NCBI GenBank assembly: GCA_965198115.1
Contig: OZ240241.1
Span: forward strand, 2,048,001 to 2,112,000
Length of the DNA: 64,000 nucleotides
Reading direction: 5' to 3'
Source of the DNA: Candidatus Latescibacterota bacterium
GTDB taxonomy: Bacteria > Latescibacterota > UBA2968
The stretch's first letter is position 1; each line of letters opens with the position of its first letter. The notes beneath the pieces were generated by a model, which saw nothing but the letters and a program-made list of their open reading frames with translations, searched no databases and was not told the origin of the DNA. The position numbers and the translations under genes are program-made. This document shows positions 21,244-31,197 of the stretch, piece after piece.

Positions 21244-21879
21244 ATGAACGAGGGTGGTCAGCTCATCGGAATCGACGAAGTTTCCCGACTGTTCGAGAAG
21301 TCGGTCGAATCCATCCGCAAATACAAGAACTACGGAATCCTCAGAGTTGCGGATAAGGTCGGGAACAAGGATCTGTTCGATCGCGAAGACGTCGTTCGCA
21401 AGAAGCAGCTCGTCAAGGAGATGCAAGTCCAGCGCAGACTTTCGCTCTTCCAGATCGCTCTGGAACTCGAGCGAGTCGACGACGTGCGTTCGTCGGAAGG
21501 TCCAGCTCGCATCCTCATCGTCGAAGATGAAGAAGCAACGCGGGAAACGTGGCGCGAGTTCTTCGAGGGCTCGGGCTATCAGGTCATGGAAGCAGGAGAC
21601 GGCAACCTCGCGCTCGATACGGCGCGATCGGAGAGGCCCGACCTGATTCTCCTCGACCTCAAGCTTCCCGGGCTCGACGGCTATCAGGTCTGCCAGCGTC
21701 TCAAAGGCGACCCAACGACGTCGACGATTCCGATCATCATGATCACTGCGTTCCTCACCGGGCCGTCTGACACGGTTCGGGGCATCGAATACGGAGCGGA
21801 CGACTACCTGAACAAGCCAGTCGACCTCGACGTACTCGCTGCACGGGTCGGGATGATCCTGCGCCGCGTGCAGCGCTGA
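21244..21879 (+). CDS. MerR-like HTH plus C-terminal receiver domain regulator
   Basis: IGIDEVSRLF...SIRKYKNYGIL HTH; ILIVEDE, LLDLKLP, MITA and ADDYLNKP receiver motifs; GGAGG RBS. Confidence 0.85.
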   Translation: MNEGGQLIGIDEVSRLFEKSVESIRKYKNYGILRVADKVGNKDLFDREDVVRKKQLVKEMQVQRRLSLFQIALELERVDDVRSSEGPARILIVEDEEATRETWREFFEGSGYQVMEAGDGNLALDTARSERPDLILLDLKLPGLDGYQVCQRLKGDPTTSTIPIIMITAFLTGPSDTVRGIEYGADDYLNKPVDLDVLAARVGMILRRVQR

Positions 21880-21944
21880 CGAAGCACCGCGCTGGTCGCC
21901 GCCGCCCTTTTTGACCAATCGGACACAGCGGCAAGGAGTCAGAA

Positions 21945-22478
21945 ATGTTGGACGGATTTCTCACCACAGCACTCGAGATCATCATCATCCTCGATGTATG
22001 CGGGGCCGTCGTCTACGTCCTCGCGTTCAGTCTCCGGCGCGCCAGCCAGAAGCGAGCGGAAGAGACGTCGGAGGCGTCCCTCACCCCTGGTTTTGCCTAC
22101 GGCCAGACCCTCAGCCCGGCCTTTGCCGCGAGTGCACCCGTAGGATCGCCGGTTCAGGCTTCCGACGGCCCTCCCCCGCTCCCCGAGTGGGCTCAGGAGG
22201 CGGTCGATCGCCACAACGCCCCCACACGACACCCCAGAATCGATTTCGCCGTCGATTCGGACGAAGTCCGCGCCGATGTCGAAACAGAGATCGCCGACTC
22301 CGAAAAGACGAAGAAGCGGTTCGACTGGGTCGTCGGATTGCGAACAAAGCTATCCACCCTCGCCCATCGGCTGATCTGGAAGCGAAAACAGGGTCAGGAA
22401 AAAGCCGAACGGACCGATATAGAGAGTGATCGTGCGCGGCTCCACCGCGTTCTGGACAGCTTCCGAGAGGAAGGTTAA
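21945..22478 (+). CDS. Hypothetical membrane-anchored protein
   Basis: AAGGAG RBS; single N-terminal TM segment. Confidence 0.65.
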   Translation: MLDGFLTTALEIIIILDVCGAVVYVLAFSLRRASQKRAEETSEASLTPGFAYGQTLSPAFAASAPVGSPVQASDGPPPLPEWAQEAVDRHNAPTRHPRIDFAVDSDEVRADVETEIADSEKTKKRFDWVVGLRTKLSTLAHRLIWKRKQGQEKAERTDIESDRARLHRVLDSFREEG

Positions 22479-22579
22479 GCGGTTACGGCAGGCGTGCGCC
22501 CCGCGCACGAAGCGGACCAATCAAACGTCAGAGTCGACGCCAACAGGCGAACGGGAGTGGAGATGGGTAAGATGTGGAG

Positions 22580-23518
22580 ATGGGTAAGATACTGGTTGTA
22601 CATAAGAACGAGTTGATCCTCGACGTCGTTCAGGAGATGCTCCAGGACGTCGGATACGCTGTCACCCTCACATCAGACCCTCAGCGAGCCCTCAGCAAAG
22701 CAATCGCCACACGCTACAACCTGATCATCGTCGACCGGCATCTCGAAGGCCACTACGATGGCGGCCGGCTGGTCGAGCTGCTCAGGAAGTACGGCGTCCA
22801 CACACCCATCATCGGCACGGCACCCGAAGGCAACTGGGCAGAAGACTCGTCGGACCTGGTCGACTATCTCCTGCCGACGCCGTTCGAATACGGGCAACTG
22901 TTGAGAGCGGTTTCCGACCTTCTCGACCCCAAGAACCGAGCCACACTCGAGGAGCTCGCGCAGAATCCCTCCGAAATCGAAGAACTGCTCGAAGGACCGC
23001 TCGAACTGCTCGACGACCTCTCTCCGACCGAAGACCTCGACCTGCCGCCAGAACCCGAATCGGATCCAGAACCCAAGCAACCAGCCCGTCCGGTCGCGAC
23101 CTCGGTCAACCGACCGGAAAGAACCTGGCAGCCGCCGGTCGTCCGTTCTCGCACGGGTCCGGCCCACGTCCTGATCGGCGACGGCAGCGACAACACGCGC
23201 AACGCGGTTGCCGAAACGATCAAGAGCGACGGTTTCGAAGTCACGGCCTGCAGCGACGGGCACGCCCTCGTCGAAGCCACGATGTTCGAGGATTTCGACC
23301 TGATCGTACTCGATCTGTGGATGACGGGCCTGGACGGATTCGAGGTCATCGAAACGCTCCGGATGTCCGGCGTCGACACGCCCATCATCATCTCCACGGC
23401 CTACATCACGCGCGAAATGGTCGAGGAGCTCGCTCCACACAAGGTGCACAAGATCCTTCTCAAGCCGTTTCGTGCCAGAGACCTCCTCGAAGCAGTACAG
23501 GAAGTGGTTCCCGCCTGA
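22580..23518 (+). CDS. Protein with two receiver domains (degenerate REC, acidic Pro-rich linker, REC)
   Basis: N-terminal KILVVHKNE...IIVD; C-terminal IVLDLWMTGLDG...ISTAY...LLKPF. Confidence 0.85.
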   Translation: MGKILVVHKNELILDVVQEMLQDVGYAVTLTSDPQRALSKAIATRYNLIIVDRHLEGHYDGGRLVELLRKYGVHTPIIGTAPEGNWAEDSSDLVDYLLPTPFEYGQLLRAVSDLLDPKNRATLEELAQNPSEIEELLEGPLELLDDLSPTEDLDLPPEPESDPEPKQPARPVATSVNRPERTWQPPVVRSRTGPAHVLIGDGSDNTRNAVAETIKSDGFEVTACSDGHALVEATMFEDFDLIVLDLWMTGLDGFEVIETLRMSGVDTPIIISTAYITREMVEELAPHKVHKILLKPFRARDLLEAVQEVVPA

Positions 23519-23541
23519 ACGATCTCCACAGAGACGAAGCG

Positions 23542-23577
23542 AGGCCGACTCTGTCGCCATAGAGAGTCGGCCTTTTT
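23542..23577 (+). terminator. Rho-independent terminator
   Basis: AGGCCGACTCT-N10-AGAGTCGGCCT followed by a T run. Confidence 0.8.
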
Positions 23578-23728
23578 GCGTACTCGCGAGTCGCCCCTCG
23601 AAACAAACGCCCATCCCGACGCTTCCAACGAACATCTTTTTCTGAAATCCGTTCGGCATTTCCGAATCCTTTCCTATACTTTGCCGACCGGAGATCTGCG
23701 CGGCACTTCCCAGCGCTGGAGACGTTGA

Positions 23729-24466
23729 ATGAACAAGAGTCTCGCCACGAACCTGCTTGCCATCGGCTGTATCGCCGCCGGCTACTACAGCCCGATTCAC
23801 GGAGACACGATCCTGACCGTGGGACTGTTCGCCACCTCGGGAGCCATCACCAACTGGCTGGCCGTCCATATGCTGTTCGAAAAGGTGCCCGGACTCTACG
23901 GTTCGGGGGTCATTCCGGATCGATTCGAAGAATTCAAATCAGTCATACACGCCTTGATCATGAACCAGTTTTTCAACGCCCGGAACGTCGAGTCTTTTTT
24001 CGAAGCACAGACAGAGGACATCGCCCTCGCTTTCAACCCGGATCCCGTCATCGAAGCGATCGACTACGACCGAATCTTCGACGGATTCCTCGAGGCGGTT
24101 CTGAATTCCCAGTTCGGCGCGATGTTGGGTTTCGTCGGCGGGGTTGGAGCGCTCGAACCGCTCAAGGCGCCGTTCGAGGCGCAAATGCAGAAGGAGGTGC
24201 GAGCCATCCTCGATTCGCCCGGTTTTATACAGGCCGTCGAGGACGGAATGGGGAGGGAGAGCGTGACGGCGGAGATCATTCAGAAGGTTGAGTTGATCGT
24301 GACCCGAAGGCTCGATGAGCTCAGCCCGCAGATGATCAAGGAGATCGTGCAGGAGATGATCCGCGAGCATCTGGGATGGTTGGTCGTCTGGGGGGGTGTC
24401 TTCGGCGGACTGATCGGCCTGATCACGCAAATCGTCCGGGCAGGCTCCAGCGTTCCCGGCCTGTAG
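23729..24466 (+). CDS. DUF445 family membrane protein
   Basis: GAITNWLAVHMLFEKVPGLYGSGVIP and HLGWLVVWGGVFGG motifs. Confidence 0.88.
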   Translation: MNKSLATNLLAIGCIAAGYYSPIHGDTILTVGLFATSGAITNWLAVHMLFEKVPGLYGSGVIPDRFEEFKSVIHALIMNQFFNARNVESFFEAQTEDIALAFNPDPVIEAIDYDRIFDGFLEAVLNSQFGAMLGFVGGVGALEPLKAPFEAQMQKEVRAILDSPGFIQAVEDGMGRESVTAEIIQKVELIVTRRLDELSPQMIKEIVQEMIREHLGWLVVWGGVFGGLIGLITQIVRAGSSVPGL

Positions 24467-24467
24467 T

Positions 24468-26360
24468 GTGTCCTCGACCGTGAACCGAATCGCCAACCCG
24501 CCGGCCCGCGCCACCCTGATCTACGATGGGGACTGTGTCTTCTGCACAAAGTGGGTGGAGCGACTGGCCGAACACGCCGTCGACGTAGACACACAGGCCT
24601 ACCAGATGGTCGCCGGACACTACTCCGAAATCCCTGCGACAGCGTATGCCGAAGCGGTGCATTGGCTCGACCCGTCGGGCCAAGTCCTTCGCGGTGCGAG
24701 AGCCGCGTATCGATTCGCGTCCCGCGCTGGTCTTTCCGGCCGCCTCGCTGAGCAAGCCTGCGCCATCGTCCCCGGTTTCGCCACAGCGTCGGAGTTCGCG
24801 TATCGCGTGATGGCCCGCAATCGGACGTTGACTTCCTCTGCCGCAAACCTGCTGTGGGGTCGGGATATGCGGCGCCCGCAGTTTCGCATCGCGGGCGATC
24901 TGTTCCTCCGAACGCTGGGCGTCATCTTCCTGATCGCGTTTTTGTCTCTTTGGGTCCAGATCGACGGCTTGATCGGCTCGGAGGGAATATTGCCGATCTC
25001 CAGCACGCTCGATCAGGCCGAGCGCCACTTCGGTCCCTCACGACTCTGGCAGTTTCCGACCCTGTTCTGGTTCTCATCCACAGACGGAACCATCACCGCC
25101 GTGTGCGCCCTCGGAGCGCTCGGTGCGATCGGAGGTATCCTCGCTCCCAATTTCTGGCCGTCGTGGACCGTGAGTTTTGTGGCGTACCTCACGCTCGTCA
25201 CGGCAGGACGTGTCTTCACGGCCTATCAGTGGGACGCCTTGCTGCTCGAAACCGGTTTTCTGGCGATCGTGCAGACCTTGCCCTTTGCCGGCCGTGCCAA
25301 CCTGGGTGAGCGTCCCATCTGGTCCTTGAGCACGGCCATCCCTCCACCTCGCTCGGTCGCCTGGCTTTACCGCTGGCTGCTCTTCCGATTGATGTTCTCC
25401 TCGGGCGTCGTGAAGCTCGCCAGCAATGATGAGGCCTGGTGGGGTCTGACTGCGCTCACCCGTCACTTCGAAACGCAGCCACTGCCAAACGGCTTCTCCT
25501 GGTATGTCCACCAGCTTCCCGCCGGGGTGCACACCTTCTCGACCATCTCAATGTTCGTGATCGAACTCGCCGTCCCCTTCCTGTTCTTTGCACCTCGCCG
25601 CCTGCGCAACCTCGCGTGTGCGCTGACCCTATTCTTCCAGGCCCTCATTTTCGCGACGGGCAACTACACCTTCTTCAACCTCTTGTCGGTGGCGCTCTGC
25701 CTGCTCCTGATCGGCGACCGATCCTGGCCGAGCTGGATTCGCCAGCGCTACGGCTCCAGGCTCACACGCGCAACGCCCAATGTCCTCCATCGACTGTTTG
25801 TCCCGGGTGTGATCATCAACATCACTTTTTGCGCTTACCTGCTGCCGCTCGGCGCGTTCAGACTCGACATCACACCTCCGGCGCCGTGGTCTCGTGCGTA
25901 TGCGGCGGTTGCCCCCTTCCGTGTCCTCAACACGTATGGCCTCTTCGCGGTGATAACGACGATGCGGCCCGAGATCCTGATCGAAGGCAGCGAAGACGGC
26001 GTCTACTGGCAGACCTACGAGTTCTTCCATAAACCCGGTAACCCCCGGAGACGTCCCACCTTCGTTGCCCCGCACCAGCCGCGCCTGGACTGGCAGATGT
26101 GGTTTGCCGCCCTCGGACCGATCCAGAACAGCCCGTGGTTCTACAACTTCATTCGACGGCTGTTCGGGGGTTCGCCCTCGGTCAAGACGCTGCTGTCCGT
26201 CGACCCCTTTCCCGACAGTCCCCCTCGGCTGATCCGAGCGAGGATGTACGACTATCGTTTCTCGACACCGGACGAACGTGCCATCGAAGGGGTCTGGTGG
26301 AAGCGAACGTACACACACGACTATCTGCCGCCCGTCGCTCGCCCGAGAGAAGGTTTCTGA
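24468..26360 (+). CDS. DCC1-like thiol-disulfide domain fused to a lipase maturation factor (LMF1) domain
   Basis: YDGDCVFC; QWDALLLETG, HFETQPLP, YGLFAV and PRLDWQMWFAAL motifs. Confidence 0.9.
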   Translation: MSSTVNRIANPPARATLIYDGDCVFCTKWVERLAEHAVDVDTQAYQMVAGHYSEIPATAYAEAVHWLDPSGQVLRGARAAYRFASRAGLSGRLAEQACAIVPGFATASEFAYRVMARNRTLTSSAANLLWGRDMRRPQFRIAGDLFLRTLGVIFLIAFLSLWVQIDGLIGSEGILPISSTLDQAERHFGPSRLWQFPTLFWFSSTDGTITAVCALGALGAIGGILAPNFWPSWTVSFVAYLTLVTAGRVFTAYQWDALLLETGFLAIVQTLPFAGRANLGERPIWSLSTAIPPPRSVAWLYRWLLFRLMFSSGVVKLASNDEAWWGLTALTRHFETQPLPNGFSWYVHQLPAGVHTFSTISMFVIELAVPFLFFAPRRLRNLACALTLFFQALIFATGNYTFFNLLSVALCLLLIGDRSWPSWIRQRYGSRLTRATPNVLHRLFVPGVIINITFCAYLLPLGAFRLDITPPAPWSRAYAAVAPFRVLNTYGLFAVITTMRPEILIEGSEDGVYWQTYEFFHKPGNPRRRPTFVAPHQPRLDWQMWFAALGPIQNSPWFYNFIRRLFGGSPSVKTLLSVDPFPDSPPRLIRARMYDYRFSTPDERAIEGVWWKRTYTHDYLPPVARPREGF

Positions 26361-26428
26361 ATCTTGTCGGGAAATCAGGAAGTGGTCAACGACCGCCACG
26401 GAGACGCGACGCTGCAGACGTTGGAGGG

Positions 26429-27376
26429 TTACCGCAAGTGTCGCACGAGGGCTTCGGCGATCGCCCGGTGACGTTTGGGGGCTTCGAGGTTGCAGAAAAC
26501 GAGATTGTCGCCGCATTGAGACTGCGCGATATCCAGCTCGGCTTCGATGCGATCCCCCGACCGAACGTTGTGGTCGTCGGCGTAGCAGCCAATGAAAGGA
26601 ATGAAGCGATTGCGGCTTGGATCCTCCAGCCGCTTCATTTCTTCCGTTTCGAACCTCACACGCTGCAGACTCCACGCCGGTTTGTAGAACCAGGAGATCG
26701 TCTGGGAACAGTAATCCATCCGTAGACGCCAGCCGTAGTAAGGGTTCGGTCTGAACGGTGGCCAGAGATGGCTCATCACGACGGCATCGGGATTGACCGA
26801 CTGGACCGCCTCGTAGAGCGTCTCCGATATTTCCACGAGTGAGTCCTCGGAGACACGAGCCATCGCGTCGTAGGGATTGAGGTTCTCATCACGTTCCACG
26901 CGGGAGCGCCGGAGCTCGCACCGCTCGCACCAGCAACCGTAGTGATTCTGGAATCCGAATCCGTCCAACGCCACCCCGTCCGAAGTGGAAGCGGCCTTGC
27001 AGACCCGCTGCACCAACAGGTCGACCGCGTCAGGCTGCAGAAAACAAGCCGTCGTCTTGAGGATGACCGACGGAATCCAGCGGTGGGCGAGAAGGTCGTA
27101 GTTTCGCGGGCCGTCTTTCTGCGCGTGGGCCCAAGCCGCTTCGTTCGATGCCAATCGCTGGGCAACGTGGGGTTTGTCCCGCGCCATCGCATCGGGCACG
27201 CTTGGCGTCACGATCGTGACCACGCGGATCCCGAGTTCCTCGCCCACGGTCATCATCGCCGATGTCGGGTCGTGCACGACGAGCGTGTCGAACCCGAGTT
27301 CGGCCGCGAACTCCAACATCTCCCTGGCCTGCTCGTCCGTCTCCCGCGGCAGATGCCAATCCCACGCAGCCTTCAC
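26429..27376 (-). CDS. Hypothetical TIM-barrel (glycoside hydrolase-like) protein
   Basis: 315-aa ORF with DGVALD and CWCERC motifs. Confidence 0.6.
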   Translation of the reverse strand: MKAAWDWHLPRETDEQAREMLEFAAELGFDTLVVHDPTSAMMTVGEELGIRVVTIVTPSVPDAMARDKPHVAQRLASNEAAWAHAQKDGPRNYDLLAHRWIPSVILKTTACFLQPDAVDLLVQRVCKAASTSDGVALDGFGFQNHYGCWCERCELRRSRVERDENLNPYDAMARVSEDSLVEISETLYEAVQSVNPDAVVMSHLWPPFRPNPYYGWRLRMDYCSQTISWFYKPAWSLQRVRFETEEMKRLEDPSRNRFIPFIGCYADDHNVRSGDRIEAELDIAQSQCGDNLVFCNLEAPKRHRAIAEALVRHLR

Positions 27377-27459
27377 GTCATCGATCTCCTATCGTAGCCA
27401 TTTTGACCTTACCACCGTCCCACCTCACCCGGTCCCAACCGTGCCTGCTCTTGTTTGAT

Positions 27460-28052
27460 CTAGGAAGTGAACGAATCGACCTCACGGGCTTTCATCTTCT
27501 TCCGACCATCCGCCTTGTCATCCGATGCCCAAACCAGAGCCGCCGCCAGGAACGTCCGTGCGGCCCGGTCGTCCTTCGCCACCACTCGAGCGTAGTCCGC
27601 TTTCGCCTCCTTCACGCGACCGAGCCCGAGGTAGGCCTCGGCCCGATACTCGAGCGCTTCGACGTAATCGCTCTTCAGAGCGATCGACCGGTCATACGCT
27701 TTGAGGGCTTTTTTGTGTCGCCCCGTCTTCCGATAGGCGTAGCCGAGGCTGCCCCAGGCAGAATAGTGGTCCCTGTTTTCATCCGTTGCTTGTTCCAGAG
27801 CCTTGATCGCGCGTTTGTATTCCCGTTCTGCAGAATCCAGAAAAACGCGGCGATCATCTTCCGCCGCCTCGGCTGCCTGCTTTTCATACGCCCAGGCCTT
27901 GTCCCGATGTGAAAGACCAGGTTATAGAGTCTGTCCGCCTCGATCCGTCGATCGGCATCCGATTTTTCGTCCTTCTTGCTGCCCATCGCCCATCCGGGAA
28001 CCGTCAGAAACAGGATGGACAGCGAAAGAGCGTACAGATTCCGGTATCTCAC
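27460..28052 (-). CDS. Exported TPR protein (frameshift near 27905)
   Basis: Signal peptide MRYRNLYALSL...AMG, continuing in another frame as AWGSLGYAYRKTG...ALEYRAEAYLGLG. Confidence 0.72.
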
Positions 28053-28097
28053 CTTTCCGACCTCCTAGCTGGCTGCCACATCTTCCCCTCACCCCTG

Positions 28098-28154
28098 CCT
28101 GTCCTGAGCGGGAGTCGAAGGGCTCCCCAGCCCCCCCCTCGGGGGGTGGCTGGG
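28098..28154 (+). repeat. REP-like element (GTCCTGAGC...GTCGAAG) plus GC hairpin
   Basis: Related copies at 35541-35560 (inverted) and 61615-61695. Confidence 0.6.
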
Positions 28155-28156
28155 CC

Positions 28157-29359
28157 TCAGGCAGCCGCTTGAATCGCTTTCCCCATCCGTTCGACTCGCC
28201 GATCCGAATGATCACAATGCATCGGCACGAGCACGGAACGGCTCAGAATTTCCAGCGACGTCTTGCACATATCTTCGGTGTATTCGACCTCGAGCTTCTT
28301 GTTGGCCTCGAGATTGTACGGGTTCAAGTCCGGATGATGGGCTCCCTGCTTACGCATAATCGGGTCCCAACGCGTGTAGACGTGGCGCCCCGTGTCGATC
28401 GGCAGAAACGCACTCACACCCTCCGGCTCGTTCTCGAAAACACCGGATCGAATATCCTGTTCCCCCAAACGATCTGCAAAACCGCGCGCTTCCTCTTCTG
28501 TCGCGAAGCCAAAACCAAGATGCGTTCCGCAGTCATCTTCGAAACTGTTGTAGTCGATGGGCGTCAGTCCTGCGTCCTTACCCGCCACAAGCAGCTCTGT
28601 CTTGTGACGCCGCATCGTGTTCAGCATATCGTCGATCCGTTCCAGCTGTGCGTTCAGAATCGCACCGGAGACCTCGTTCGCGCGGTAGTTGTGACCCGCA
28701 AACTGAAACTCATCCCGGAACTCTTCTGGATTCCAGTAGTAGGAGCAGCAGTCGACGGCAACCGAGGCTCGATTCATGATATCCTCTGAGTCCGTCACGA
28801 GGGCACCGCCCTCCCCACTCGTCATATTCTTGTAGTAGTTGAAGCTGAAAGCCCCGGCGTGTCCGATCGAACCAAGCATTCGCCCCTTGTAGCCTCCACC
28901 CACAGACTGACACGCGTCCTCCAGCACCAGGATTCCGTGCTCGTCGGCCAGCTTCATGATGCCGTCCATATCGCAGGCCAACCCCCACATATGGACGGGA
29001 ATGATCGCCTTCGTGTAGGGCGACAGACGTCGCTCGACATCGTGCGCAGACAGCGTGATTGACTCATCGACATCGGCCACGATCGGAATGGCCCCCGAGG
29101 AGAGCACGGCGAGAGCAGTCGCCATATAGGTGCAGGCCGGTACGATCACTTCGTCGCCCGGTCCGATCCCCATCCCCACGAACGACGCATACAGTGCCGA
29201 TGTTCCGCTCGGCGTCATACGAACGTACTCGACACCCAGCCGACGGCCCCACGCTTTCTCGAACGTCACGCATTCTCCCTCACGACCGTGACGATAGATG
29301 TACTTCGAGCGGAACAGCCGCTCGATGCGTTTCAGCTCTCGTTTCCCCACTCTGTACAT
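28157..29359 (-). CDS. DegT/DnrJ/EryC1/StrS PLP aminotransferase
   Basis: GDEVIVP, LEDACQ and FSFNYYKNMTSGEGG motifs. Confidence 0.92.
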   Translation of the reverse strand: MYRVGKRELKRIERLFRSKYIYRHGREGECVTFEKAWGRRLGVEYVRMTPSGTSALYASFVGMGIGPGDEVIVPACTYMATALAVLSSGAIPIVADVDESITLSAHDVERRLSPYTKAIIPVHMWGLACDMDGIMKLADEHGILVLEDACQSVGGGYKGRMLGSIGHAGAFSFNYYKNMTSGEGGALVTDSEDIMNRASVAVDCCSYYWNPEEFRDEFQFAGHNYRANEVSGAILNAQLERIDDMLNTMRRHKTELLVAGKDAGLTPIDYNSFEDDCGTHLGFGFATEEEARGFADRLGEQDIRSGVFENEPEGVSAFLPIDTGRHVYTRWDPIMRKQGAHHPDLNPYNLEANKKLEVEYTEDMCKTSLEILSRSVLVPMHCDHSDRRVERMGKAIQAAA

Positions 29360-29361
29360 CG

Positions 29362-31197
29362 TTAGCTCCTGACGGCTTCCGGCGTGGCGGTCTCCCCACC
29401 CGATACTTGCAAGGCATTGCTCGGATCAGATGCTCTGTCGTCTTCGTCCGGTGTGATGACCGTCAGCGGCACCCATTCCCTGATCGAGTTGATCATGAAT
29501 ACGGAATCCGCTTCGTAGATGTCCGGTCGCATCAACGTGCGCTCCTCGATTTCGCCCCGACACAACAGTTCATCGGGGAACGTTCCCGCGAGCAACCCGG
29601 ACGAAACCGGTGGCGTAAAACAGCGATTCTCAATCTGGACAACGACGTTCCCGACCAGGCATTCGACCACCTCGCCCCGCTCATTCACCAGAATCACGGC
29701 ATCGGCCACATCGCGATAGCGTTCGTGCTGAGCTTCGTAGACGGCTCGATGCGTCGTCTTGTGATACAGGAAAGGATCGCGGCTATCGACAGGAACCTCC
29801 GAGACGATGGCCGTCATCGGTTTCTCCACAGGCATCGACTGCCGCTCGCACGACAGCTCGCCCGCCCGATCCAACGTGACGCGAATCCGCAAGGGTTCCT
29901 CCGACCCATCGACTTCGGCCATCACAACCCGATCGAATCGCTCCCGTTCGAACGGAAACCGAAAGTAGCGTGCCGATCGAGAGATACGTTCGACGTGCCG
30001 CTCCAGCAGATAGACACCATCCCCCGGGTCGTATCGCATCGTCTCGAACAGCGAGAAATCGGGACGTCTTTCGGTCAGGACCCTCGCCTTCGTCACACAT
30101 TCGGCATATTCTCGTTCGCTCGACGAGTCGAAGGTGATGCCACCCCCCACGCCGTACTCCGCTTTCCCGCTCTCTGTGTCCACGCAGACCGTACGAATAC
30201 CCACGCTGAACGTGGCTTCGCCGCCCGGCGACACAAAACCGATGGCGCCCGTGTAGACACCTCGCGGCGAGCACTCCAGATCTCTGATGATTTCCATCGT
30301 CCGCACTTTGGGAGCCCCCGTGACCGAACCACAGGGAAAGAGCGCCCCCATCACGTCCGTCAGACCCGCGTCCAGTCGCAACCGCCCTTCGACTTCAGAG
30401 GTCATCTGAAGGACGGTCTCGTATCGTTCGACGGACCAGAGATCGTTCACACGAATCGACCCCGGTTCGCACACGCGGCCGAGATCGTTGCGAACGAGAT
30501 CGACGATCATCAGATTTTCTGCCCGTTCCTTCTCCGACACCGCCAACTCTTCCGCCAACCGGTCATCCTCACTGGATGTCAGACCTCGGAGCCGTGTGCC
30601 CTTCATGGGACGCGTCACGATGCGCCCGTCACGCACGCGGAAAAACAGCTCGGGGGAAGCGGAAACGATCTGATGACGCCCCGTATCGATGTAAGCCGCG
30701 TAGCTCGCGCGTTGGACGTGACACAGCTGACGGTGGAGTCGACAAGGGTCGGTGACGGACGTTGCCCGCAATCGGTGCGTGAAATTGACCTGGTAGGTAT
30801 CGCCTGCCCGGATGTACTCACGAATACGATCGACGCCAGCCGCGTAGGTCTCACGCTTGATCGATGGAACCCAATCGATCGAGGCGTGCGCCATCACCTC
30901 CGTCGTCGGCACGATCGGCTCACGGTGTCGGTAAAGGGCGAACCAGACGAGTGGCAACCCCGCCGCAGGAGGCTGGACCCGCAGGGCGGGATCGAAGGCG
31001 GGTGCCGCCTCATAGCAGACGAAACCGGCCGCGTGTAACCCCCCATCTACAGCCTTTTCCACGCCCGACAGGGATGAAACGACCTCCGCAAGGCTGTCCG
31101 CTCTGATTACCTCCACGAACCCGGAAAAAGTGTAGGAACGCTCGCCGTCACCACGACCGAACGACTCGAGTCTGACGATGGGTGGCCCGCCTCTCAT
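29362..31197 (-). CDS. pabB: Aminodeoxychorismate synthase component I fused to a class IV aminotransferase/ADC lyase domain
   Basis: YQVNFT, SPELF, PMKGT, ENLMIVDLVRND, TGAPK; C-terminal HKTT and GLLAGT motifs. Confidence 0.9.
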   Translation of the reverse strand: MRGGPPIVRLESFGRGDGERSYTFSGFVEVIRADSLAEVVSSLSGVEKAVDGGLHAAGFVCYEAAPAFDPALRVQPPAAGLPLVWFALYRHREPIVPTTEVMAHASIDWVPSIKRETYAAGVDRIREYIRAGDTYQVNFTHRLRATSVTDPCRLHRQLCHVQRASYAAYIDTGRHQIVSASPELFFRVRDGRIVTRPMKGTRLRGLTSSEDDRLAEELAVSEKERAENLMIVDLVRNDLGRVCEPGSIRVNDLWSVERYETVLQMTSEVEGRLRLDAGLTDVMGALFPCGSVTGAPKVRTMEIIRDLECSPRGVYTGAIGFVSPGGEATFSVGIRTVCVDTESGKAEYGVGGGITFDSSSEREYAECVTKARVLTERRPDFSLFETMRYDPGDGVYLLERHVERISRSARYFRFPFERERFDRVVMAEVDGSEEPLRIRVTLDRAGELSCERQSMPVEKPMTAIVSEVPVDSRDPFLYHKTTHRAVYEAQHERYRDVADAVILVNERGEVVECLVGNVVVQIENRCFTPPVSSGLLAGTFPDELLCRGEIEERTLMRPDIYEADSVFMINSIREWVPLTVITPDEDDRASDPSNALQVSGGETATPEAVRS

